Assembly (NCBI GenBank): GCA_963813715.1
Contig: CAWFAK010000008.1
Span: 544,001 to 608,000, forward strand
DNA length: 64,000 bases
Reading direction: 5' to 3'
From: an uncultured Planctomycetaceae bacterium
Lineage (GTDB): Bacteria; Planctomycetota; Planctomycetia; Planctomycetales; Planctomycetaceae
This document shows positions 1 to 11,301 of this stretch, piece by piece. Position 1 is the stretch's first letter. Every line of letters begins with the position of its first letter. The notes under the pieces were generated by a model. It searched no databases. It was not told the origin of the DNA and saw only the letters and a list, made by a program, of their open reading frames with translations. Made by a program: the position numbers and the translations under genes.

Positions 1-711
1 CTGCGGGCGAAGCCGATCGCGTTGCAGCGGCAGATAGGCCGGGAGCTGACCCGGCGCGGCCTGTCGCTGGTCTGCTTCACCGGCGTGGCCGAGTTCGGTC
101 GCCCCACGTTTGCCTCCGGCCGACCGGAGCTGCGGCAAGCCGTCCTGCGTGACCTGCGGCTGGCGATCGAGGCTGCCGAACGGGTCGGGGCGCGGCAACT
201 GAGCATCGTGCCGGGCAAACGGGAAGTGGCCCTCGATCCGAGCACGCAGCAGCGACATGCCCTCGACTTGTTGCACCGCTGCGCGGATGTCTGCGAGCCG
301 CACGGAGTCACGCTGTTACTCGAGCCCATCGACTACGGGCCCGGTCATTCGCGGCTCTTTCTGCGATCGGCCCGCGATGCGGCGGCCTTGTGCCGTTCGG
401 TCGGCCGGTCGTCGTGCCGCGTGCTGATCGACGTTTATCAGCAAGCGGTCGCCGGCGAAGATGTGCCGGCCTTGTTGACCGACGTAGGCGACGTGCTGGG
501 GCACGTACAGCTGGGTGATTATCCCGGCCGCAAAGAACCCGGATCGGGCGAGCTCGATTTTCGCAGATTGCTGGGGACGCTCGACGCCGTCGGCTACCGG
601 GGAGCTCTCGGCATGGAGCACGGGACGACGCTCGCCGGGCGACCCGGCGAACGGGCCGTCATTGACGCGTATGTCGCGATCGATCGCATGGCGCCGGCTA
701 CGCACTGTTAA
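1..711 (+). CDS. Hydroxypyruvate isomerase / xylose-isomerase-like TIM-barrel protein (5' truncated by window)
   Basis: Motifs LLLEPI, IDVYQQ, GHVQLGDYPGRKEPGSGELDF, GYRGALGMEH typical of the Hyi family; TAA at 709-711. Confidence 0.8.
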   Translation: MRAKPIALQRQIGRELTRRGLSLVCFTGVAEFGRPTFASGRPELRQAVLRDLRLAIEAAERVGARQLSIVPGKREVALDPSTQQRHALDLLHRCADVCEPHGVTLLLEPIDYGPGHSRLFLRSARDAAALCRSVGRSSCRVLIDVYQQAVAGEDVPALLTDVGDVLGHVQLGDYPGRKEPGSGELDFRRLLGTLDAVGYRGALGMEHGTTLAGRPGERAVIDAYVAIDRMAPATHC

Positions 712-763
712 TCGGTGATCTCCGGGGGCTCACGCCCCCGGCTCGGATGTGCGCGAGCGACGC

Positions 764-2605
764 TTATCGCCGCAGCGCCTGCGCCATCTGCTTCTGCCAC
801 TCGGCCACGTCGTGCTCGGTCAGCTCGAAGACGTCGATCGAATAGCCGATCCGCGCGACGGGCTGGAAGAAACCAAAATACTCGAACTGGCCAATGTTGA
901 CCGGTTGAATCGTGCCGGCCGGCGTGCGTACCCAGTGCGGCCTTCCCTGCTCGAAATTCACGCTGACGGCAAATCGTCCGGGCTGCGGCGCGTTGCCCGG
1001 CGGGAGGTGATAGCGGATGCCGAGTGCCGTGGGCGGCACGGTGCCGAAGTAGGCCAGGCCGATTTCGCCGCTGGTTCCCTGCCCGCCTGCTTGTTCGTCG
1101 AGATACTTTTTCAGTCCGCCCAGGTCTTGTCCCCAGTCGACATTCGAGTCGAGCAGGTGCTCGCGACCGCCGAGCGGACCGCCGGCCAGCTCGTTGAAAT
1201 AGGACAGGTGCTCCGGGTGGAAGCGGGCCGAGAAGAGCATCAGAACGGCCAAGCCGGTCGTTGCCAGGGTGCGGGCGGGGAACTGTTTCCAGTCGAACCA
1301 GCCGGCCGCCTGCGAGGCGAAGAGAATCGCAAACGGAATCACCGGCAGCACATAGCGGATGCCGAGCTGCATGGGCGACGTCTCGGCCACGATCAGCACG
1401 ACGAGCGTCGGCAACAGGATGACGGCTTGCCTCGCCCAGCGCCGCGGCCGCCCGGCGGGCATCACCAGCCACAACAGCACCAGCAGATCCAAGAGCTGCA
1501 GCGAGTGTGGCAACTTGTAGAGGAGCGCCCACGCGTAATAGCCGGCGAATCCCTCTTCGCGCCACTGCCCGTCCAGGTAGACCGGGTGTTTCTGCTCCAT
1601 GATCTGCCGCTGGTGGTCGAGCCCTGCGACGTAATCGCGGGGCAGCGGCACCGGCAGCCGCGTCAACATTGGCAAGCGTGCAGCCAGCCGTTTGAGCACG
1701 CCGCTCTGAAACTGGTAGCTGCCCACCGTCGCGAAGGAACCGCGGAAAAGATAGCCCGCGTTCCAGATCCCCACGCTGAGCGCGATCGCGGCGACCCACA
1801 TCGTGCAGATCTTGAGGGGCCCAGGGCGCGGTGGAGCGGCCGTCGAGCCCGCCGGTGATGGCTCGTCTGGCTTCGCGGGCGAGTCAAAGAGTGCGACGAG
1901 CACAAACTCGAGCACGGCGATCGGATAAAGCACGAGCGCCGTGAACTTGGCCAGCTGCGCGAGTCCCAGCAGGCCGCCGCAGAGCAATCCGCGTCCCCAA
2001 CTCGGCCGCCGGGCGAATCGCAACGCGGCATAGAGCGCGAACACGAAGAAGGCGGCCGCGCCCATGTCGGTCGTAACCAGGGAGCCGTGGGCGATCAGGT
2101 TCGGCTCGCAGGCCCAGAAGAGGGCGGCTAGCACGCCCGCCCCGTCGCCGAATAACTCCCTTGCCCAGAGCGCCAGCGCCAGGCCGCCGAGCACTGAGAG
2201 CAGCACGATCATCGAGCGGCCGAGCGTGAACCATCGCTGGTAGTGCTCGCGATTTTTGGCAATGAACACGTCGCCCCAGCCTTGTGGGTCGTGGTACTCG
2301 CCGATCGCTCCTGTTTGGGCCGACGTCAACGTCAGGGGCAAGGCGGCCAGCATCCGGCAGAGGGGCGGATTGAGATCGTCGAAGTCGAACCGGCCCGTCT
2401 TGAGATTCAACAGGCCGATCGGCAGGTGCCAGTATTCGTCGTGCGTCGGCGTCAGCTGACCGGCGGCGCTGATCCCCAGCGCCGCTTGCACGACCAACAG
2501 GGCAGCCACCGGCAGCCAGAAGCGCCCGAGCGAGCGCCGCCCGAGCGAAACTGCTGAGGCTGCGCCGGGAGATGTCGTGCCGGGAGTTGTCACACGGGAT
2601 GTCAT
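764..2605 (-). CDS. Glycosyltransferase family 39 (ArnT/PMT-like, GT-C) membrane protein
   Basis: TPTHDE, NPPLCR, HGSLVTTD, LAKFTA, QLGIRY, LLDSNVDWGQDL motifs and many TM segments; ATG at 2605 preferred. Confidence 0.8.
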   Translation of the reverse strand: MTSRVTTPGTTSPGAASAVSLGRRSLGRFWLPVAALLVVQAALGISAAGQLTPTHDEYWHLPIGLLNLKTGRFDFDDLNPPLCRMLAALPLTLTSAQTGAIGEYHDPQGWGDVFIAKNREHYQRWFTLGRSMIVLLSVLGGLALALWARELFGDGAGVLAALFWACEPNLIAHGSLVTTDMGAAAFFVFALYAALRFARRPSWGRGLLCGGLLGLAQLAKFTALVLYPIAVLEFVLVALFDSPAKPDEPSPAGSTAAPPRPGPLKICTMWVAAIALSVGIWNAGYLFRGSFATVGSYQFQSGVLKRLAARLPMLTRLPVPLPRDYVAGLDHQRQIMEQKHPVYLDGQWREEGFAGYYAWALLYKLPHSLQLLDLLVLLWLVMPAGRPRRWARQAVILLPTLVVLIVAETSPMQLGIRYVLPVIPFAILFASQAAGWFDWKQFPARTLATTGLAVLMLFSARFHPEHLSYFNELAGGPLGGREHLLDSNVDWGQDLGGLKKYLDEQAGGQGTSGEIGLAYFGTVPPTALGIRYHLPPGNAPQPGRFAVSVNFEQGRPHWVRTPAGTIQPVNIGQFEYFGFFQPVARIGYSIDVFELTEHDVAEWQKQMAQALRR

Positions 2606-2627
2606 GTCGTTGGCAGATTCATGCGGA

Positions 2628-3710
2628 TCACGGCTTCGCCGGGCGGACGAGGTCGGAGAGGAGATCCTGTTCCATCGCCTCGGCCGCGATGGCGTTCGCC
2701 CGCTCGTTGGGATGCGCATCGAAGCGGCTTACCATCAGGTTTTCGCCGGCGTGTTTTCGAAAGATCGGGTCGAGATCAAGCAGCGGGATCTTTCCCGACT
2801 TGCAGAAGTCGGCGAGTCGGGCCCGTGCCGCGCGAAACGAGTCTTCGCCCGACAAATCGTGCAGGAAGGGAAAGATCACCATTCGCAGCTCGACGTGCTG
2901 TTGTTTGCACTCGCGGTCCAGTTGAGCCAGCTTGGCCCGCAGGCCATCCCAGGCTTCCGTCTGATACGACGCCGCGAGCTTGTCGAAATACCGGTGGTTG
3001 CGTCCCTGAAACTGTCGAAAGCGGAAATAGAGCCAGTTGAGCAAGTAGGTGTCTCGGAACAAGAAGAACTGCGGCCCGGCCGTGTAGATCCCCTCGAGCG
3101 GCTTCTGCCCCGCCAGATCCATGTAACCTTCAATGTCGTTGAGGTTGTACACGTAAATGAACATGCCGACGTCAGCTTGCATCTTGAACATCACGCCCGC
3201 GGCGAGTGACTCAATTTGCGACGTTTCCAGGCCGGGATCGCCCAGGTTGGCCACCATGTATTGGCCGGGCGCCTTCGCGTCGAGCCACTCGGCGATGCGG
3301 TTGGAGAAGCGGTCGTCCATCCGCTTGATGCCGTGGCCGATGGTGAAACTGTCGCCCAGGAAAATGATCCGCTTCTTGCCGGAGGGAACGTACTTCGTGA
3401 ACGGTTCGTGGTCGCGATTCCCCTCGTTGTTCCGCTCGTGATCGATGTGCAGCGCGAGCCAGCGTTTGGAAACGTTGGTGATGTTGAACGTGTCGCTGAA
3501 GTCGGCGAAGCAGGCGAACGCGAGCTCGCCCGCGGTGACCACCGCCAGCAGCATGCAGAGCGACAGGCCCAGGTTGGGCAGGAACAATCCCCGGCCGCGG
3601 GCCCGTTGTTTCCGACGACCCCACAGCACGCCGAAGAAGAGCGCGGCCAGAATCACCAGCCACACGGCCATGCCGATCAGGTATCCGTCCGAGAGATAGA
3701 ACACCAGCAC
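2628..3710 (-). CDS. SGNH/GDSL hydrolase with two N-terminal TM helices
   Basis: FLGDSFT block I, YNLND block III, FDAHPN block V. Confidence 0.85.
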   Translation of the reverse strand: MLVFYLSDGYLIGMAVWLVILAALFFGVLWGRRKQRARGRGLFLPNLGLSLCMLLAVVTAGELAFACFADFSDTFNITNVSKRWLALHIDHERNNEGNRDHEPFTKYVPSGKKRIIFLGDSFTIGHGIKRMDDRFSNRIAEWLDAKAPGQYMVANLGDPGLETSQIESLAAGVMFKMQADVGMFIYVYNLNDIEGYMDLAGQKPLEGIYTAGPQFFLFRDTYLLNWLYFRFRQFQGRNHRYFDKLAASYQTEAWDGLRAKLAQLDRECKQQHVELRMVIFPFLHDLSGEDSFRAARARLADFCKSGKIPLLDLDPIFRKHAGENLMVSRFDAHPNERANAIAAEAMEQDLLSDLVRPAKP

Positions 3711-3724
3711 CGCTTCGGCCCTCG

Positions 3725-4826
3725 TCAGGTTCCCGCGTGTTTTTCAGGCCGCGCCGGCTGGAAGAAGTCGGCAAGCAAATCGTTTTCGATCGCCTCGGCC
3801 GCGATGGCATGCGCCCGTTCGTTGGGATGAGCGTCGAACCGGCTGACGACCAGGCTCTCGCCCGCGTGGCGCCGGAAGACGGGCTCCAGGTCGAGCACGG
3901 GAATTTTCTCCGCTTTGCAGAATTCGACGATCCGCGCGTGGGCCGCGCGGAACGGATAGTCCTCGCCGACTTCCCGCACGAAGGGAAAGATCACCATCCG
4001 GAAATCGACCCCCTGCTCGACGCAGCGCTGATGCAGGCCCTCGCAGCAGGCCCCGCACTTTGGCCCACGGCTCCGACTCGTAGGATTGCCGCAAGTTCTC
4101 GTAATACGATTGGGCTCCCTGGCTGCGAAAGGCCACGAACCGGAAATAGAGCCAATTCAACAGGTAGGTGTCGCGGAACAGGAAGAACGTCGGTTCGGAG
4201 CTTTGAATCGCTTGCAGCGCGGCCGCGGTGTGCGGGTCGAACGTGTCGACGTCATTCAGATTATAGACGTAGACGCAACACGCCATGTCGTAATGCTTCT
4301 GGAGCAGTTCGTCCTGCGCCAGATGCGTGATCATGAGCGCGTCGTACGCGGGGAGGGCCATGTTCGCGACGACGAACTTGCCCGGCTGCTCGCGCTCGAA
4401 CTGCGCGGCGATCAGGTCGGTGAAGCGGTCTTCCATCCGCCGAATGCCGTGGCCGGCAGTGAAGCTGTCGCCGAGAAAGATGATGCGTTTTTTGCCGCCG
4501 GGAACGTACGTCGTCAGCTCCTGGCGGTCGCGGAAGCCGTTCTGGTTTTTTTCCGCGTCGATGTGCAGGGCCAGCCAGCGCTTGGAGACGTTGGAGATAT
4601 TAAAGGTGTCACTGAAGTCGGCGAAGCAGGCAAACGCCAGTTCCCCCGCCGTGAGCGTCGCCAGCAGCATGGCCAGCGAGAGGCCGGCATTGACCGCCCG
4701 CATCCGCCGCGGCGCTTGATGCGATCGCCGCCGCGCGCGAAGCAGCGCCGCGACGAACAGCGCCAGCGCGACGATCCAGATCGCCATGCCGATCAGGTAT
4801 CCAGGCGAAAGATACAGGACGAGCAC
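3725..4826 (-). CDS. SGNH/GDSL hydrolase paralog (frameshift near 4000-4050)
   Basis: GDSFT in ORF 3744..4826; C-terminus (MVIFPF...FDAHPN) in ORF 3725..3997; closely similar to the neighbouring paralog. Confidence 0.8.
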
Positions 4827-4844
4827 AAATCACTCTGCTGCGGG

Positions 4845-7104
4845 TCAGCGAACCGGATGTTTCCGTTTGAGCACGATGAAATAGCCGTCGGTGTTGTCGG
4901 GCAGCTAATTCCCATTGGTCGGGGTGGTCGCGATATTCGGGCACCTGGTCCGGGCGCTCGATCTTGCTGTACGGCCCGTGCGTATCGATCACGATGTAGT
5001 CGGTGTCGGGTGGCACTCCCGGCTGATAATTGTTGACCGCCCGCGGATAGTCGCTGTAGTCGTACGAGCGCTCGTAATGAGTGAAACGCGGGTGAATAAA
5101 GTCGGTCGAGGCCACGCGGGCAGCTCGGCGGAATCTCCTCGAGCACGCGGTCGAAGACTTCGGCCCGCTTGTCGACGACGTAATGGTCCCGCCAATAAAA
5201 GCCCGAATCGCGGTCCCAAAAATTGATCGACAGCGGGCTCAGTCCGAAGAATATGCCGGTCACGAAGGCGCTGACGCCGGCGAAGCGTCCCCACCACAGG
5301 GCCCGCGATTCCGTCGCAGCGTTCGAGTCGACATCGGCGGACGCTTCGTCGACGACCGCGCCGCGCGGAAACGCGCGACGCGAAACGACTCCGAGGCCCG
5401 CCGCGGCCGACCAGAGCAGGATCGGCACGGCGGCCGCGTGAACGTGATGGAAGGGCGAGTCGATGACTTCGTTCAGGCAGAACGTGAGAAACAGGGGCAA
5501 CGCCACGGCCAGCCGTCCCGGGGAAAAGAGCGGCAAGAAGCCGAGCGGCGCGAGCAGCAACAAGGCGTATTCGGCCGAGTGGGCGTTGCCAAAGGCTTCC
5601 CACAGCAGGGCCGGTCGCGTGAGCATCGTTTGGGCGATCTCGGGCAGGGTCTTGCCGAAGCGGGTGAAGTAGCCGGCGTAGTGAATTTCCTGTCCGTGCC
5701 GAAAGTAGGCCATCACGACCCGCGTGGCCACGAACAGGTAGACGACGGAAACGACCGCCAGCCCGGCCCCGAAAATGAAAACCCGCCAGTTGATGCGTGA
5801 GGTCGCCGCGCGATCCGCGGCCGGGTCGACGCGGTCGGTCCTCGGTTGGTCGCCACCGGCAAGCGCGGGTGACTGTCGGGAGAGGCCCATGGCGAGCGCG
5901 ATCCAAACTCCCAGCGGAGCCAGCACGATTGCAAAGTCTTCCTGCGCGCTGAGCGCGACGGCCGCCAGCAGGCAAAACGTTTTGTACCGCCGCCGTTCGA
6001 GCTGATCGAGCGCGAAGAGCAGGACGGGAATCCCCAGGCCGTTGGGACGAAATGTTTTCCAATCGATGCCGATGTCGAGGAATTGCAGCGGAAAGTAGAG
6101 CAGGCACGCGGCGGCCAGCCAGATGGCCGGCTTCGACTGTCCGGCGTGCCGTCGCGCCATCCAGTAGACCGGGAAGCAACAAGCGGCCAAGAGCAACGAA
6201 TCGCACAACTCGAGCAACAATTGCGACGGCCAGAGCAGATAGAGGGGGACCAACAGCACGTGAATGACCTGTACGTGTTCGCCCAGGAAGATGCCTTGAT
6301 CGAGATAGCTACGAAATCCCTTGCCGTGCAGCAGATTCCACAGATGCTCCTCGTACATGGCCGAGTCGCCGTGCGGCAACCGCAGGCTGCGGTACAACTG
6401 CCAGTTCATCGCGACGAAGACGACAACGTACGCCGCGAAGCACAGCCAGACGGCCAGCGGCAGGCGGTAATCTTCGGCAGCGGGGACCAGTAGCCCGCTC
6501 GATTTCGCGCGCCGACGGCCGTCTCCGACTCCGTCCCTGTGTAAGCGGCTGCGCGTCTGAAAGTCAGGGCGAAGAACGTGGCCACCCAGCCGGCTACGCC
6601 CGCGGCAATCCAGAAGCTGGGGCTGGAGAGGATGAATTGTTGCATCCCCTCGGAGCCGGCCGCGAACGTGGACAACCGGGCCAGTTCCCAACTCCCGCCG
6701 ACCACCCACCAGAGCCAGCCCTTCAAACCCCAGCTCGCGGCAGCCGCGGCGAACGAGAGCTGCTGTCGCCGGGCCATCCAGGCGGCGCCGGCCAGCCAGG
6801 TCACGACGCTGACCGACGCCAGTATTAAGAGGAGAGACGCGTAGGGCGGCAAGGCGGGCTCGCCGCCGGGCGCGGCCGAGGAGGGGTCGGCTCCCAGCCA
6901 GCCGTCGAGCCGATTCATGAGGCCGTGCGACGCGAGCGCCCCGGACGCGATCCGGGAGCCCAGCATCGATTGCCCGCTCGCCGCGCACAGAGCGGTGCCC
7001 AAAGCGATCGCGGCCACCGCTCCAACGAGCCGCAGCCCGTCGCCCTGGCCTGCGCTGGGCGAAAGCGGGGGACTGCCGGGTTGTTTCGCTTTGCCGCGAG
7101 CCAT
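4845..7104 (-). CDS. DUF2079-type membrane protein (GT-C-like), split by about 3 frameshifts
   Basis: PHGDSAMYEEHLWN, FLGEHVQ, FRPN, AQED motifs; N-terminus in ORF 6406..7104, core in 4793..6988, tail VASTDFIHPRFTH...YFIVLKRKHPVR* ending at 4845. Confidence 0.7.
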
Positions 7105-7628
7105 TGGATTCAGTTTAGCAGGGACTTGAGTTTTTCAGGCGTGAAGCCGCCGCTTCCAGCAAAGCAGCAACCCGAATCCCGCGCAACGGCTCCAATCACT
7201 ATTCCGCGTTTCGGAGCGCTTGCGGGTTCGCGAGACGACGTGCAGTTTTCCGACCGGGCTTGCAACGTGTGATAATCTTCAGCGTCCGGAAACCGAGGTT
7301 CGCGCCTGTCCGTCATCCAACGAGTTTGCTCCACGGGCGAGTCAGGCCGGCAGCGGTTGTGTGGCCCGCAAAGTTGTGCGTTGCGATCTCCCTGTTTGCC
7401 TGCGGCGGACGCCACAAACCGGAGCGAATCGAGACCAGCTTGCGGCCGGGAGCCCCAGCCGCTGGTAAGTTAGGAGCCGCGCCGCAAGCCTTTTGCCTAA
7501 GGATGTTTACGTTCGACGTTCGGGGAACACGGGGCAAATTTTTCCGAAATCCGGCTCGCAGATTGCTAGTCTGGAGGGCGGGTTTCGGGGTCGTCCCCAG
7601 TTCGGGCTCATCCCAAGGTTGAGAACGC

Positions 7629-8213
7629 ATGTCTGAGCAAATCGATTTCAATGCAGTCGATTTCAGTCGCAGGGATTTCGCCAAACTAACGCTGGCGGCG
7701 CTCGCCGGTTTGTCGGCAGGTAGCCATGCGCTCGCCGGATCGGTGCCCGCTCGCACGGTCCAGGATCCGATGCTTTCGGACCCGCATATCTGCCGCGGTC
7801 TGAATACGTGTCGCGGTAAGGACGTCACGCGGCGTAATTCGTGCGCCGGCACGGGGACGTGTGCCACGGCCCGCTACCATCCATGCAAGGGCCATAACGA
7901 TTGCCGCGGCCAAGGCGGCTGTGGCGATGCGCCCGGGCTGAACGAATGCCGGGGATGGGGCGCGTGTGACGTGCCGCTGAAGCCGCGCGTTTGGGCGGTG
8001 GCCCGTCAAAGGTTCGAGAAGGTGATGCGCGACCAGCGCCGCCGATACGGCGTGCCGCCGCTCGTGGCCCGCAACGGCTCAGCGCCCGCAGCGACGGGAC
8101 TTCCGCCTCTATCGTTGCCAAGTTGCATCAGCAGTTTGGGCATTGCGGTCTTCGGCAAACGCTCGTTTGGGCTGACCTTGCGCCCAGTCCCCCCGCCGCA
8201 CAGCCGTTCATAG
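7629..8213 (+). CDS. Tat-exported Cys-rich small protein with repeated C-x-G-x-N-x-C-x-G-x-G-x-C units (BufA2/bufferin-precursor-like)
   Basis: SRRDF twin-arginine signal, then CRGLNTCRG, NSCAGTGTC, CKGHNDCRGQGGC, NECRGWGAC. True 3' end may be earlier than the ORF. Confidence 0.6.
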   Translation: MSEQIDFNAVDFSRRDFAKLTLAALAGLSAGSHALAGSVPARTVQDPMLSDPHICRGLNTCRGKDVTRRNSCAGTGTCATARYHPCKGHNDCRGQGGCGDAPGLNECRGWGACDVPLKPRVWAVARQRFEKVMRDQRRRYGVPPLVARNGSAPAATGLPPLSLPSCISSLGIAVFGKRSFGLTLRPVPPPHSRS

Positions 8214-8715
8214 TGCCAATTTTTTGCCATAAATCGGCATTTGTTGCGCGCGGAGAGCCGGCGGAGTTTGTGGACCTGCGCGGTTGTCCCGGAACGGGTC
8301 ATGACGGCTGAATCGATTTTTCAGTGGTGAGCGCCTTTGGCCGTCGAACTTCGCTTGTCTTAAGCACCGGTCGTATAAGTTTTTTCGATTCACCCGCCGA
8401 ATATGAACGCGACAGATTCGATGAAGGGGCCGCGTATACGCAGTTTGTCCATTGTGGTGGCTTGAGCGCCTGATCTTGGAATGTCGGTCCTGCCGGGCCG
8501 CTGATTTCATCGCCCACTCGTCGCACGCGTGTCGCGCACCGCGCGACGACGACTGAGCGGTCGCTCCGAGCTTCCACGACTGTCGGTGCTGTTGCCCCCC
8601 GTTTCCGTCGAACCGCTGGTCGAACACGAGTTTTGGCGTCGATTGGGACGCTCGCGATTCGGGAGTGCCGATCTCGCGCACGGTATCTGCAATCAATTTT
8701 CCCATGGTGAGAGCA

Positions 8716-10155
8716 ATGAAGAACGGATTCTGGAAATCGATCGGCAAGGTGCCGGTCCTGGTGCTGGCCGTCGCGGTCGGCCCGGTCGCCCTGGCGGATG
8801 GACCAGCAGTGGAAAGTATTCCTGCCGACGGAACGGCGGCTTCTGTCGCGTCCCCGATTCCGTCAACGGATCCGACGGCCAGCGTCTCGAGCCCGATCCG
8901 CTTGATCTCGACGGATTCGATCCTGGCCGATCCCAACTGTGCTCCGCCGGCCGGACCGGCCGCGGCAGATCTCGCGCAGGCGACCGCGCCGTGCAACATC
9001 TGGTCACCCTGTTGCCTCTGCAACGGCTGCGGCGGCGGTGCCACGTTCCAATGGGCCCCGGATAAGTGGTGCAACGTCGGCGTCGGCATTCGTACCAGCT
9101 TCAACCACGAGCAGGGCGACAACGTCAACGACAAGAACTTCTTCGCCCTCGACGAAGCCCGTTTGTTCTTCACCGGCAAAGTCACGCAGGTGATCGGGTT
9201 CGAGTTGAACACCGACATCTCGGGCGCCGGCGGCCGCGGTTTCACTGACTCGGCCTCGGACACTGTCAACCTGCAGGACTCGATCCACCTGTTGGACGCG
9301 ATCGTCAAGTTCGAGTTCAACGACTTCGTCAACTTCTGGATGGGCCGGTTCCTGCCTCCGAACGACCGTTCGGACTTGGACGGACCGTTCTTCATCAACG
9401 GTTGGGATTATCCCTTCGTCTCGAACTACCCCGGCCAGTTTGAAGGCCGTGACACGGGTGTCGCGTACTGGGGTCAGTACGGCGGCGGCAGTTTGAAGTG
9501 GCAGATCGGCCTCTTCAACGGCCAGGGTCGTGAGAACGGCGGCAACGACTGGCCCGTCGCGAACGCGGCCACCTCGCCGAACGTCAGCGGCAACCCCGAG
9601 CTCGTCGCCCGCGTCGTGCTCAACCTGCTCGATCCGGAACCGGGATATTACAACTCCAGCACGTACTACGGCGAAAAGAACATCGCGGCGATCGGCTTCA
9701 GCTTCACCGACCAGACCGACGCTCTGGAAGACATCAACGGCCACGTCGGCACGTTCTTCGCCTACAACTTCGACTTCTTGCTCGAAAACAAGATGAGCGA
9801 ATGGGGCTCGGGCACGTTCGAGGCTGCCTACTACCACTATGACGTCGGCGGCGACGTCGCCAACGGCATTGCCGGCAACGCGGGCTTCGTCTTTGTCGGC
9901 TGGATGCTGCCCCAACAGGTCGGCTGCGGCGGCGTGTGCGGCTACATCCGCCCGTACGCCCGATGGCAGAAGTACGACTACTCCGACGAGCAGTTCGCTG
10001 CTTCCGCCGGCGAGTTCAAGGAAGGCTGGGACGCCGGTTTCCAGTACGTCATCAAAGGCCACAACGCGCGGTTCGACTGCTTCTACGGACAGCGCGAGGT
10101 CGAAGGTGGCGGCAACGTCGACATCTTCCGGACCGGCATGCAGCTGATCTTCTAG
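8716..10155 (+). CDS. Outer-membrane porin (OprO/P-like; possibly short-chain amide/urea porin)
   Basis: Signal peptide, amphipathic beta-strand pattern, LLDAIVKFEF..FWMGRFLPP, C-terminal Phe (MQLIF); directly upstream of urease. Confidence 0.7.
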   Translation: MKNGFWKSIGKVPVLVLAVAVGPVALADGPAVESIPADGTAASVASPIPSTDPTASVSSPIRLISTDSILADPNCAPPAGPAAADLAQATAPCNIWSPCCLCNGCGGGATFQWAPDKWCNVGVGIRTSFNHEQGDNVNDKNFFALDEARLFFTGKVTQVIGFELNTDISGAGGRGFTDSASDTVNLQDSIHLLDAIVKFEFNDFVNFWMGRFLPPNDRSDLDGPFFINGWDYPFVSNYPGQFEGRDTGVAYWGQYGGGSLKWQIGLFNGQGRENGGNDWPVANAATSPNVSGNPELVARVVLNLLDPEPGYYNSSTYYGEKNIAAIGFSFTDQTDALEDINGHVGTFFAYNFDFLLENKMSEWGSGTFEAAYYHYDVGGDVANGIAGNAGFVFVGWMLPQQVGCGGVCGYIRPYARWQKYDYSDEQFAASAGEFKEGWDAGFQYVIKGHNARFDCFYGQREVEGGGNVDIFRTGMQLIF

Positions 10156-10199
10156 TCCAAGGATTAGTTTGCGCGACGAAGCCGTCGCGCCCGAACCAG

Positions 10200-10240
10200 C
10201 GAGCCTGGCTCCTCGATCCACCGATCGGGAGCCAGGCTCG
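10200..10240. terminator. Strong intergenic hairpin between porin and ureA
   Basis: CGAGCCTGGCTCC...GGAGCCAGGCTCG 13-bp perfect stem plus inner CGATC/GATCG; no U-tract. Confidence 0.5.
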
Positions 10241-10398
10241 ACTCGTTTCGAAGCGACGCGGTCGGCCCCGAAATGCCCCGCGCCGCTGCCTTGTTTTCGC
10301 TCTTTCGCGACTCTAAGCTCTTCAACTGCGTCGGCCGTCGCACCGAGTGGATTTCGCGCGATCCCGCTCGTCGGCCCGAGCGAACGAGGATCCCCACG

Positions 10399-10701
<303 letters not shown>

Positions 10702-10756
10702 TCGACCGGACCTTTGTTCCCGCCGCTGATATCGACCCCACCATCGGAAGCCGACC

Positions 10757-11251
10757 ATGATCCCGGGTGAATACTTGCTCGACGGCCCCCCGATTGAGTT
10801 GAACGCGGGCTGGCCGACGGCCGTCGTCGAAGTCAAAAATACGGGCGACCGGCCGATTCAGGTCGGCTCGCACTACCATTTCTTCGAGACCAACCGCGCA
10901 CTCGTCTTCGACCGGGAACGTGCCTACGGTATGCGGCTCGACTTGCCGGCCGGCACGGCGGCCCGCTTCGAGCCGGGCGAGGTCAGACGCGTGCAACTCG
11001 TCGCCCTGGGCGGTCAGCGGCGCGTCTATGGCAACAACGCTCTGGTCATGGGCGACCTGGACGATCCCAAGATCCGCCAACAAAGCCTGAAGCGGATGCG
11101 CGACGGGAAATTTGGGAACACGTCGTCAGGCAATCACGAGCGTCGGGCAAGCGTCGGCAGCGCGCCGACGGCCGCTGCGCCCGCCTCCCGACCGGTCAAG
11201 GCATCTCGCAAAGTGGCGAAGAAGCCGACCCGCAAGACGCGGAAGAAGTAA
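10757..11251 (+). CDS. ureB: Urease subunit beta with basic C-terminal extension
   Basis: [40 protein letters not shown]. Confidence 0.97.
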   Translation: MIPGEYLLDGPPIELNAGWPTAVVEVKNTGDRPIQVGSHYHFFETNRALVFDRERAYGMRLDLPAGTAARFEPGEVRRVQLVALGGQRRVYGNNALVMGDLDDPKIRQQSLKRMRDGKFGNTSSGNHERRASVGSAPTAAAPASRPVKASRKVAKKPTRKTRKK

Positions 11252-11301
11252 TCCAGGAACGCCGCACGCCAGCTGCCGCCGCCGACCGACAGGAGATCCC
11301 G

